Positions 6,891 to 13,712 of a stretch of 13,712 bases of DNA are shown here, piece by piece. Position numbers and translations under genes: made by a program. The notes under the pieces are model-generated. The model saw nothing but the letters and a program-made list of their open reading frames with translations. It was not told the origin of the DNA and did no database searches. This DNA is from Sulfurimonadaceae bacterium (lineage in GTDB: Bacteria > Campylobacterota > Campylobacteria > Campylobacterales > Sulfurimonadaceae), in NCBI GenBank assembly GCA_041562555.1, contig JBFEXS010000059.1, forward strand, positions 1-13,712, written 5' to 3'. The number at the start of each line of letters is the position of its first letter. The first letter of the stretch is position 1.

Positions 6891-6910
6891 GAGGAAATAC
6901 TCCTCTTAAA
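6886..6910. terminator. Putative bidirectional terminator hairpin between convergent OMP and DASS genes
   Basis: Perfect 10-bp inverted repeat tttaagagga-aatac-tcctcttaaa. Both stop codons lie in the stem. U-tracts are weak. Confidence 0.55.
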
Positions 6911-8252
6911 TAACACCTTTCCAAAAAACCGCTGCAATCGTCACGATCAATAGTATCCCTATGATATTAAAGATGACGCCAAAACTTGCCATCGTCCTGA
7001 CACTGACCACTCCCGTACTCATCGCAATCGCATTTGGCGGAGTGGCAATAGGCAACATAAAGGCATAGGAAGCACACACGGTTGCTACCATCATAAAAAG
7101 CCGAACATCCAGACCAGCCTTGCTTACCACCTCATACAAAATCGGAAGCATAATAGATATAAGTGCCGTATTACTCGTCACTTCCGTGGTAAAGGTGACC
7201 ATTGTTGCCACAATAAACAAAAAAACGATCATCGGAAGACTCGCCAATCTCATCAGGTCCGAAGCGATCTCTGCAGCCAGACCTGTTTGTGTAAACCCTG
7301 CAGCAATCGCAAACCCCGCCCCAAAGAGAAACATGATGCGATAGGGGATCTGTTCTTTATCCCTCATCCAATCCAAAATAGAAAAAGGCGGTACAAACAG
7401 CATCAATCCGGCACCAAGAAGAATACCTGCTTCACTCAGTCCCAAACCGTTGTAATAGGGTTTAATCGGAGCATTGACAAAGAGTATACTAATCAAAGCG
7501 AATAGTATGAATAGCACCTTTTTCTGCTCACCGCTCAATCTCGGCGTACTCAGATCTGCCTCCAAAGCAACGTTTTGCAATCCCAATCCCAAAATCATTC
7601 CCACAACAATAAACATACAAAAGACCAGGGGTGCAGTCATCCACATCCATTGCACGAAAGGGATACTTTCAATTCCCATTTCCTGCATGATCCCGAGCAA
7701 GATAAGGTTAGGAGGTGTACCGATGGGTGTTAATATCCCCCCGATGCTAGCACCATAAGCGATTCCCAATGCAAAACGTAACTTCAGTTTCACATCCTCT
7801 GTCAAAAAAAGAGCAATGGGTAATAAAAGCAGTGTCGTCGTCGTATTCGAGAGCACTGAAGAGAGAAGCCCCGAAGTGATCATAAGGGCAAAAATGATCC
7901 CCCTTGCACTGCTGGGGAAAAGCGTCAGCATCTTATTAGCCATCCACTTATGAAGCCCCGTCTTTTCCACGGCAATCGCAATCAGAAACCCGCCAAAGAA
8001 AAGGTAGATGATAGGATTGGCATAGTTGAGTGTGGCAGCCTTTGTCGTTAATATACCACTGGCCGGAAAGATGACTATGGGCAACAAGGAGACAACGGCC
8101 AGAGGCAAGCCCTCATTTGTCCATAAGGTCACCATTAAAGTAATAGAAGCGACAAGAAGCGACTGTTGCAAGGTAAAAAAGGCAAACATCAGTACAAATG
8201 CCAAAATTGCCAACATCAACGATAAACCAATCTTTTTTGTCTGTTCTGTCAT
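6906..8252 (-). CDS. DASS/SLC13 family sodium:di/tricarboxylate (or sulfate) symporter
   Basis: 448 aa from ATG 8252 (MTEQTKK); the ORF-track extension to 8333 is unlikely. Two SNT motifs (LSNTTT, TSNTA), TPIGTPPN and LPIATPPNA hairpin motifs, and many TM helices, as in VcINDY/SdcS. Confidence 0.92.
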   Translation of the reverse strand: MTEQTKKIGLSLMLAILAFVLMFAFFTLQQSLLVASITLMVTLWTNEGLPLAVVSLLPIVIFPASGILTTKAATLNYANPIIYLFFGGFLIAIAVEKTGLHKWMANKMLTLFPSSARGIIFALMITSGLLSSVLSNTTTTLLLLPIALFLTEDVKLKLRFALGIAYGASIGGILTPIGTPPNLILLGIMQEMGIESIPFVQWMWMTAPLVFCMFIVVGMILGLGLQNVALEADLSTPRLSGEQKKVLFILFALISILFVNAPIKPYYNGLGLSEAGILLGAGLMLFVPPFSILDWMRDKEQIPYRIMFLFGAGFAIAAGFTQTGLAAEIASDLMRLASLPMIVFLFIVATMVTFTTEVTSNTALISIMLPILYEVVSKAGLDVRLFMMVATVCASYAFMLPIATPPNAIAMSTGVVSVRTMASFGVIFNIIGILLIVTIAAVFWKGVI

Positions 8253-8354
8253 AGCATGTATTCTGCCTTCACTTGCGTAAAAGCAAGCTAAAATCAAGCC
8301 CCTTAAAGCTAATATCGGTATACTTTTCTCCATTTAACAGAGGGTTTTTTCTTC

Positions 8355-9563
8355 ATGGCGATAACATTACAAAAATATTTTACTACCAATACACTTGTTG
8401 TACTGGGTATTATATTGGGGATTGCTTTTGGCATGTTCCTTCCGGAACTTGCACTCAAACAAGAAGTTATCGGAAAAGCCTTTGTCAGCCTCTTGAAGAT
8501 GTTGGTTGTGCCCTTGGTATTTGCCTCGATCTATGTTGCCATTGCCGGATTAGGGTCACTTGATCAACTGAAGAAGATCGGTCTGAAAACCATTGGCCTT
8601 TATCTTTTGACGACAGCTGCCTCCGTGGCTTTGGCGATCATTGCTATCAATCTTTTTCCTATCGGGGAAGTCGTCTCCTCGGAAGGCCTTGAATATGCAA
8701 AAGCACAAGAAGTAGCACCTTTCTCACTCCAGGCAATGTTTCTTAGCTTTATCCCTACTAATATCTTCCATGCACTTGCCGGCGGAAATATGATGCAGGT
8801 GATCGTCTTTGCGATCTTTTTGAGTATTGCCAGTCTCTATCTAAAAGAAGAACATCAAGAGAGTATGCTCAACTTTTTTACTGCGATCAGTACAGCCATG
8901 CTCAAAATTGCCGGATGGGTCGTCGCCCTCACCCCGCTTGGCGTCTTCTCTTTGATCAGTTACATTGTGGCCGAACAGGGAATCGACGTTATCATCGGTC
9001 TTTGGAAATATATCCTGCTTGTCATTACCGTCTTGCTTTTTCATGGTCTGATCACCCTGCCCGCTGTCATGGTGATATTTGCGAAGATCAACCCCTATCC
9101 TTACCTGCAAGCGATTAAAGAAGTCCCGCTGATGGCTTTTTCCACGGCATCAAGTGCGGCGACACTGCCCGTGAGTATGAAAGTATCTCAAGAAAAAGGA
9201 GGGGTCAGCAAAGATAGTGCAGCCTTTGTTCTCCCCCTTGGTGCGACGGTTTCCATGGATGGTACGGCAGCCTATTTGAGCATAGCAGTCTTATATATCG
9301 CCAACCTCTCGGGCGTTGAGCTCAATCTTGGGGATCAGCTCCTCTTGGGTATCACGGTTGTAGCACTCAGTGTCGGTGTTGCAGCTCTGCCTTCTGCTTC
9401 TCTCGTCATGATGGTAGTCATCTTACAGCAAATCGGATTGCCAATTGAGTATTTAGCCCTGATTGTAGCGGTAGATAGGATCTTGGACATGGCACGTACG
9501 GCCCTGAACGTTACATCCGATATGTGTGTTACAAAGATAGTAGACGAACTCAATAAAAAATGA
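8355..9563 (+). CDS. DAACS family dicarboxylate/amino acid:cation symporter (GltP/GltPh-like)
   Basis: 402 aa. LLKMLVVPLVF, FSTASSAATLP (HP1), LPLGATVSMDGT (TM7) and DRILDMARTALNVTSD (TM8, with the substrate-binding Asp/Arg/Thr/Asn and the Na1 Asp). A TATACT -10 candidate lies at 8319-8324. Confidence 0.94.
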   Translation: MAITLQKYFTTNTLVVLGIILGIAFGMFLPELALKQEVIGKAFVSLLKMLVVPLVFASIYVAIAGLGSLDQLKKIGLKTIGLYLLTTAASVALAIIAINLFPIGEVVSSEGLEYAKAQEVAPFSLQAMFLSFIPTNIFHALAGGNMMQVIVFAIFLSIASLYLKEEHQESMLNFFTAISTAMLKIAGWVVALTPLGVFSLISYIVAEQGIDVIIGLWKYILLVITVLLFHGLITLPAVMVIFAKINPYPYLQAIKEVPLMAFSTASSAATLPVSMKVSQEKGGVSKDSAAFVLPLGATVSMDGTAAYLSIAVLYIANLSGVELNLGDQLLLGITVVALSVGVAALPSASLVMMVVILQQIGLPIEYLALIVAVDRILDMARTALNVTSDMCVTKIVDELNKK

Positions 9564-9674
9564 TCTGCTGTACTGAGGGCATAATCCTCTTTGAACTTTT
9601 CATAGGCCCATATACGATCTCCTAAACTGTCTTGCCTTAGCTGGGCAAAAGTCTCAGCGTTTACTTCATCCCTG

Positions 9675-10970
9675 CTAGTTAATCTGAAGGAGTTCCCGGA
9701 CGACCTCTCTATCATCAAAAGGGAATTTTTTATCATAGATAATCTGATACGTCTCGTCCCCTTTACCCAATATCAAGATAGCTTCGTTTCCGGTTCGATC
9801 CTTGATCGCTTGTTCAATGGCTATTTTACGATTAGGGTTGATAACGACCTTTTGCTTCTCTTCAATACCCTCAACGATATCATTGATGATCTGGTCCGGA
9901 TCCTCGTTTCTCGGATTATCACTGGTGACATAGACTTTCTTGGCATAGGATGATGCGATACGTCCCATGATCGGTCGTTTGGACCTGTCTCTATCTCCAC
10001 CGGCACCGAATACGACTAAAAGTTCTTTCTCTTTGAGGGAATTAAGGATCTGTTCCATCCCATCCGGTGTATGGGCAAAATCAACGATCACCAAAGGATC
10101 CTCGCTTACCTTCTCCATACGTCCGCTTACGCCTGCAAAGTTTGGCGTCACCTCTGCTATCTCAGGAATGGTATGCTCCGTCAACAGGTGTACTGCTGCA
10201 ACCGCTGCCGTCATATTATATAGATTAAAAAAGCCGTAAAGGTCAGTACTGAAAGTCTCGATGGCCTGGAAGTTTTGCATGACCGCAGAGATACCGTCAT
10301 TCATCGTATATGCGATGATCCGATACGTGGCCGGGTTTTCTATCCCGTAAGAGTTGGCGTTTTTAAAATTGAACTTTGCTCTGCTCTCGTCTTTGTTGAT
10401 AAGTTTTAGACTGTCATCCGCAAAGAAACTATTCTTCACATCAATATACTCTTCGAGTGTCTTATGGTAATCCAAATGATCCTGGGTAATGTTAGTCAGG
10501 ATCTTCAGTGCAAAAGGGATCCCTTCGATACGTTTTTGCACAATAGCATGGGAGCTGACCTCCATGATAAAAAACTCACATCCCGCTGCTGCTGCCTGAT
10601 AGATATGCTTATAGGTGTTTAGCACCGTCGGTGTCGTAAGACTTTTACCCTCTACCATCTCGTCATTCATATAAAAACCGCGCGTCCCCTGCATTGCGAC
10701 CTTATGTCCCAGATCAAGAAGGATTGAATAGATCGCTGCAGCGGTCGTTGTCTTACCGTTCGTACCGGTAATCCCAATGATCTTGATGTGATTCACACCA
10801 AACATCGGGGCAATATCTTCCGCCTTTACAATAGAATGGGCACCCTTGGCTTTGGCGTTTTCAAGATATTTTTCATTTTGGGTAGTCAGTACGAAAGCCG
10901 TCTCGCTATCGCACTCCTGTGAGTTTTCACTCACAAATTTATAGGGGGTATCGGGAAGCTGTATTTTCAA
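9675..10970 (-). CDS. murE: UDP-N-acetylmuramoyl-L-alanyl-D-glutamate--2,6-diaminopimelate ligase
   Basis: 431 aa. GITGTNGKTT, MEVSSHA, TNITQDHLDYH, GVSGRME, DFAHTPDG, FGAGGDRD, DNPR (meso-DAP specificity) and LGKGDE. The TTG start overlaps the upstream stop (TTGA, 10967-10970). Confidence 0.97.
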   Translation of the reverse strand: MKIQLPDTPYKFVSENSQECDSETAFVLTTQNEKYLENAKAKGAHSIVKAEDIAPMFGVNHIKIIGITGTNGKTTTAAAIYSILLDLGHKVAMQGTRGFYMNDEMVEGKSLTTPTVLNTYKHIYQAAAAGCEFFIMEVSSHAIVQKRIEGIPFALKILTNITQDHLDYHKTLEEYIDVKNSFFADDSLKLINKDESRAKFNFKNANSYGIENPATYRIIAYTMNDGISAVMQNFQAIETFSTDLYGFFNLYNMTAAVAAVHLLTEHTIPEIAEVTPNFAGVSGRMEKVSEDPLVIVDFAHTPDGMEQILNSLKEKELLVVFGAGGDRDRSKRPIMGRIASSYAKKVYVTSDNPRNEDPDQIINDIVEGIEEKQKVVINPNRKIAIEQAIKDRTGNEAILILGKGDETYQIIYDKKFPFDDREVVRELLQIN

Positions 10971-11539
10971 GAGATGTCTTCTAGGATCTGGGAGAGTTTC
11001 GTGTCATTTGGATAGGCTTTCAATGCTGTCTCTAAATACGAAAGCCCCATATCTTTAAAACCGTTATGAAGCAGTTTGTCTAAAAAGTCTATAAAATCTT
11101 CTTTTGCCGTAATGATCACACGGGTAGAGAACATGATATTTTCAAAGGTCTCTTTAAAATCACCGTTTTGCTCTACTAAAAGTTTAAAATCATGATACAA
11201 GATACCATTCTCACCCTCAAGTTTCTCATTGATCGGGTCTGCTAGCAGTTCGTTCAAGGTCTCCATAGTACCATCCATACTTTCGATGATCTCGTTCATG
11301 ATCTCATCCGCGTCTTCATTGTCTTCTTTGCGTAATACAGCATAATAATCAAAGAGTGCTGCAGCAGCTTCTTCACCGCTCATCGCCATCTCAGCAAGTA
11401 TGGCTCCGTTATATGCTTCTTTATTGTTTGGGTCTTCTTTGAGCACTAATGCATACGCTAATAGTGCTTTTTCATATTCTTGTCTTGAAAAGTCTTCATT
11501 AGCGGCTTGAAGGGTTTTATATTGGTTAAAAGTTTTCAT
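10967..11539 (-). CDS. Conserved Campylobacterota TPR-like hypothetical protein (Cj1640/HP1493-like)
   Basis: 190 aa, acidic and helical, with TPR-like segments (YEKALLAYALVLKEDPNNKEA; YLETALKAYPND) and FKETFENIMFSTRVII. SD GGGAG. Lies between the nifU-like gene and murE, as recalled for C. jejuni/H. pylori. Confidence 0.8.
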   Translation of the reverse strand: MKTFNQYKTLQAANEDFSRQEYEKALLAYALVLKEDPNNKEAYNGAILAEMAMSGEEAAAALFDYYAVLRKEDNEDADEIMNEIIESMDGTMETLNELLADPINEKLEGENGILYHDFKLLVEQNGDFKETFENIMFSTRVIITAKEDFIDFLDKLLHNGFKDMGLSYLETALKAYPNDTKLSQILEDIS

Positions 11540-11583
11540 TTTATCTCCCTCTTTGACGCTTCAAGGCCTAAGCCTGAGCAATC

Positions 11584-11859
11584 TTATAGTTCGTCTATCT
11601 TGTTTTCCATACCGATTGGTACGTTTACTACTGTCAGTTCAGGATGTATATCCAAGCGTAGTTGACGTTCGACACCGTATTTAAGTGTACTGCCACTACT
11701 CGCACATCCAACACATGCACCTAAAAGTTGTACGTATACTGCACCGTTCTTTACAGCTATCAATGTAATATCACCGCCGTCAAGGGCGATGGATGGGCGG
11801 ACCTTGTCGATCACGCCTGTTACTGGAGCCATAAGTTCTTCATCTGTAAATGGGATCAT
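11584..11859 (-). CDS. NifU/Nfu-family Fe-S cluster carrier (stand-alone NifU C-terminal domain)
   Basis: 91 aa from ATG 11859 (MIPFTDEEL) with SD AAGGA at 11865-11869. VRPSIALDGGDI and GACVGC (CxxC) motifs. Confidence 0.92.
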   Translation of the reverse strand: MIPFTDEELMAPVTGVIDKVRPSIALDGGDITLIAVKNGAVYVQLLGACVGCASSGSTLKYGVERQLRLDIHPELTVVNVPIGMENKIDEL

Positions 11860-11917
11860 ATCTATCCTTGAGAATCTATCTAAAATAATAACGATAAAAT
11901 AGACAAATTCCACTTAA

Positions 11918-11952
11918 TAAGCGATAAAGCACCGCACTAGTTTAATCGCTTA
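11918..11952. other. Intergenic inverted repeat (possible terminator or operator) between the AKR and nifU-like genes
   Basis: taagcgat (11918-11925) pairs with atcgctta (11945-11952) across a 19-nt spacer with further partial pairing. Confidence 0.4.
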
Positions 11953-11967
11953 AGCTAGGATATATCC

Positions 11968-13203
11968 CTATAAGTCAAGGAACGAGTAGACATATTTCTC
12001 TTTTCGCATGCCTACGAGTATGTAATCAATATCGGCACAATGTATCAAATCATTAAGTGCTGTCTTCTCAATGGTATCGTTGATCTGTATACCGGCATGC
12101 TCCAGCATGCTTTTCGTCTGCTTGGAACATTCATACAATACCATATCTTCATATACAACAAAAAAGTCCATCAGCAGTGTTGAGACATTCTCTCGAACAT
12201 AGTCATCTTCAATCTTCACCAGTTCCTGTCTGATATGCGGTATGATCTTTGTCATGAGAAAGGCCTGGTACTCACCAATCCATCCAAATCGGTGTTTATA
12301 ATTGTCCAATTCACTAATCAGGTTGAAGATCGATTCCACTTTTGCATCTTCCAAAAACCCCAAGGCCTCATTTAGATGTGCATAATAGTCTCCAGGCTCT
12401 TTATGGCTTGCAAGTCGAAACATCAGATTGTCTTTTGAGGCGTTTAATGGGCGATTCGCTAAAACACGCAATCCATTTTCATGGGCCCAGCGTGCACATA
12501 CCAGCCCCTCTTTTTCAAGAAGATTGATAGGCATCTGCAGCGTCGTAAAATGATGATATGCATTACCCATCTCCAGAGCTGCTTTTTGTGCCAGAGAGAC
12601 AAGGTCGAAATAAGGTAGGAAGTACAAGGCATTCTCGCTTAAGGCAAAAGAATTTGAACTGATACCGTAAGAGCTGATACGGCCCTCTTTAACCTCTGTC
12701 TCCAGCTGCATGAATGCATCAAGGATCCTGTCAAGCATGATCATCTGCGCTTCGGCACGTTGTGACTCGTCCTTTATCACATGCATCAGATAATATTCCG
12801 GATTATGCAGCAGATAGCAATCTATTTTTTCCAGTTTCAAACGTTCCAGCGACTTCGTCAGTTCTGCTTTGATAAATCCCGGATGAATGGAGTGGTAACA
12901 GCTCTCATCAAACTTTACAATATCAAGTTCATCGATCATTTTCTCGTCTGCTTGTTTGATCTCATCAAGCAACGATCCCTGTATGTACCCACATTTGGAC
13001 ACGATCTCAAGGTCATCCGGTTTATGTCCACCGTATACCTCTTCTAGTGTTTTTGCGATCAAACGCTCCGCATCCCCGTTCATATAGTTTGTCGAAGTAT
13101 CAATAAGTCTAATACCCTCTTTAAGTGCCAGAGTTAGTGCTGCTTCATGTTCAGGATCATCCAGACCTGTTCTATATGTTCCAAATGCCAGTTTGCTGTT
13201 CAT
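11968..13203 (-). CDS. Aldo/keto reductase family protein with helical insertion
   Basis: About 411 aa (ATG 13203 or GTG 13206). LAFGTYR, catalytic tetrad in IDTSTNY (D,Y), IVSKCG (K) and LLHNPE (H), plus SLERLK, GISSN, LQMPINLLE and ILVGMRK. Confidence 0.9.
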   Translation of the reverse strand: MNSKLAFGTYRTGLDDPEHEAALTLALKEGIRLIDTSTNYMNGDAERLIAKTLEEVYGGHKPDDLEIVSKCGYIQGSLLDEIKQADEKMIDELDIVKFDESCYHSIHPGFIKAELTKSLERLKLEKIDCYLLHNPEYYLMHVIKDESQRAEAQMIMLDRILDAFMQLETEVKEGRISSYGISSNSFALSENALYFLPYFDLVSLAQKAALEMGNAYHHFTTLQMPINLLEKEGLVCARWAHENGLRVLANRPLNASKDNLMFRLASHKEPGDYYAHLNEALGFLEDAKVESIFNLISELDNYKHRFGWIGEYQAFLMTKIIPHIRQELVKIEDDYVRENVSTLLMDFFVVYEDMVLYECSKQTKSMLEHAGIQINDTIEKTALNDLIHCADIDYILVGMRKEKYVYSFLDL

Positions 13204-13243
13204 CACGTATGCCTATATTGTTTTTATAAAAGGAGTTTGTTTG

Positions 13244-13270
13244 AAGAATCCGAGGGGAAACCCCTCAGGA
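13244..13270 (-). terminator. Putative intrinsic terminator after rplQ
   Basis: The minus strand reads TCC-T-GAGGGG-TTT-CCCCTC-GGA followed by TTCTT. This is a GC-rich stem 18 nt after the rplQ stop, with a short U-tract. Confidence 0.6.
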
Positions 13271-13288
13271 GAGTGCTTAGTATTACTA

Positions 13289-13639
13289 CTAAACGAATTC
13301 GATGAATGCCATAGTTGTAGCATCACCACGACGAATACGTGTACGTGTAATACGTGTATATCCACCGTTACGCTCTTTATATTGAGGAGCGATTTCATTT
13401 AGAAGCTTCTTAGTAGCTTCTTTGCTTTGTAGTGCAGCAAATACTTCACGGTGAGCATTAGCCTCACCAGTACGAGCAACAGTAACAAGCTTTTCTGCAT
13501 AAGAGCGAAGTTCTTTCGCTTTTGCAACTGTAGTTTCAATCTTACCATTCTCGATTAGAGCAATAGTAAGATTCTTAAGAAGAGCAGCTCTATGTGAACT
13601 AGTTCTACCTAATTTTCTATATCCATGACGGTGTCTCAT
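13289..13639 (-). CDS. rplQ: 50S ribosomal protein L17
   Basis: [24 protein letters not shown]...[12 protein letters not shown]...RNGGYTRI...RRGD. SD AAGGA at 13646-13650. Confidence 0.99.
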   Translation of the reverse strand: MRHRHGYRKLGRTSSHRAALLKNLTIALIENGKIETTVAKAKELRSYAEKLVTVARTGEANAHREVFAALQSKEATKKLLNEIAPQYKERNGGYTRITRTRIRRGDATTMAFIEFV

Positions 13640-13655
13640 CGTGAATCCTTTTTAT

Positions 13656-13712
13656 TTATTCAGCTTCGATTTTCTTTTTTACTGCACTTACAACTTCATC
13701 TGAAAGGTCAGC
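13656..13712 (-). CDS. rpoA: RNA polymerase subunit alpha, C-terminal 18 codons plus stop (partial, continues beyond window)
   Basis: Open frame ADLSDEVVSAVKKKIEAE* ending 16 nt upstream of rplQ. The identity rests on the near-universal rpoA-rplQ adjacency, since the fragment is too short to be diagnostic. Confidence 0.75.
   Translation of the reverse strand, partial: ADLSDEVVSAVKKKIEAE

Noticed and set aside
3679..7742. C6 tracts (3679-3684, 4881-4886, 7737-7742) as phase-variation sites
   Set aside because: They are shorter than the roughly 8+ G/C tracts typical of Campylobacterota contingency loci, are explained by Gly-Gly codons, and all frames are intact.
8253..8333. 27-aa N-terminal extension of the DASS ORF
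   Set aside because: It would cover the shared divergent promoter region and is not family-like. MTEQTKK followed by the first TM helix is the more plausible start.
11860..11913. N-terminal extension of the NifU-like ORF
   Set aside because: A strong SD (AAGGA) precedes ATG 11859, and MIPF(T/S)DEEL is the expected family start.
13335..13358. Repeated tacgtg(ta) units in rplQ
   Set aside because: This reflects the coding of RITRTRIRR with preferred CGT/ACA codons and is not a repeat element.
195..13402. Numerous short ORF-track entries antisense to or out of frame with real genes (e.g. 274-495, 744-1115, 1710-2045, 3543-3875, 7474-7758, 8273-8563, 9967-10239, 13193-13402)
   Set aside because: They are shadow ORFs overlapping well-supported genes, with no recognisable motifs.

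Overview
This 13.7-kb window looks like chromosomal DNA from a Campylobacterota (Epsilonproteobacteria) bacterium, probably a free-living Sulfurimonas/Sulfurovum/Sulfuricurvum-type lineage; the genus cannot be fixed from sequence alone. The support is tRNA-Arg(GCG), the futalosine-pathway prenyltransferase mqnP, an mqnP-flgX-like-SwrB/FipA-like operon, the nifU-like/TPR/murE cluster, and TGnTAnnnT extended -10 promoters. Left to right: tRNA-Arg(GCG) (-); the translationally coupled mqnP > flgX-like > SwrB/FipA-like operon (-); a four-gene minus-strand block between mqnP and miaA (two tandem DUF2628-like membrane paralogues, a lipoprotein alpha/beta hydrolase and a Zn-ribbon/helical hypothetical protein); an apparently leaderless miaA and an outer-membrane beta-barrel gene (+); a divergent DASS/SLC13 and DAACS transporter pair; then murE, a TPR-like protein, a NifU-like protein, an aldo/keto reductase, rplQ and the 3' tip of rpoA (all -). 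No transposase, integrase, CRISPR array or phage gene is visible. The best candidate for something undescribed is the four-gene block, especially one DUF2628 paralogue whose last membrane helix closely matches a type IV pilin N-terminal helix but has no processing site or pilin head. All family calls come from motif recognition and recalled synteny, not database searches.
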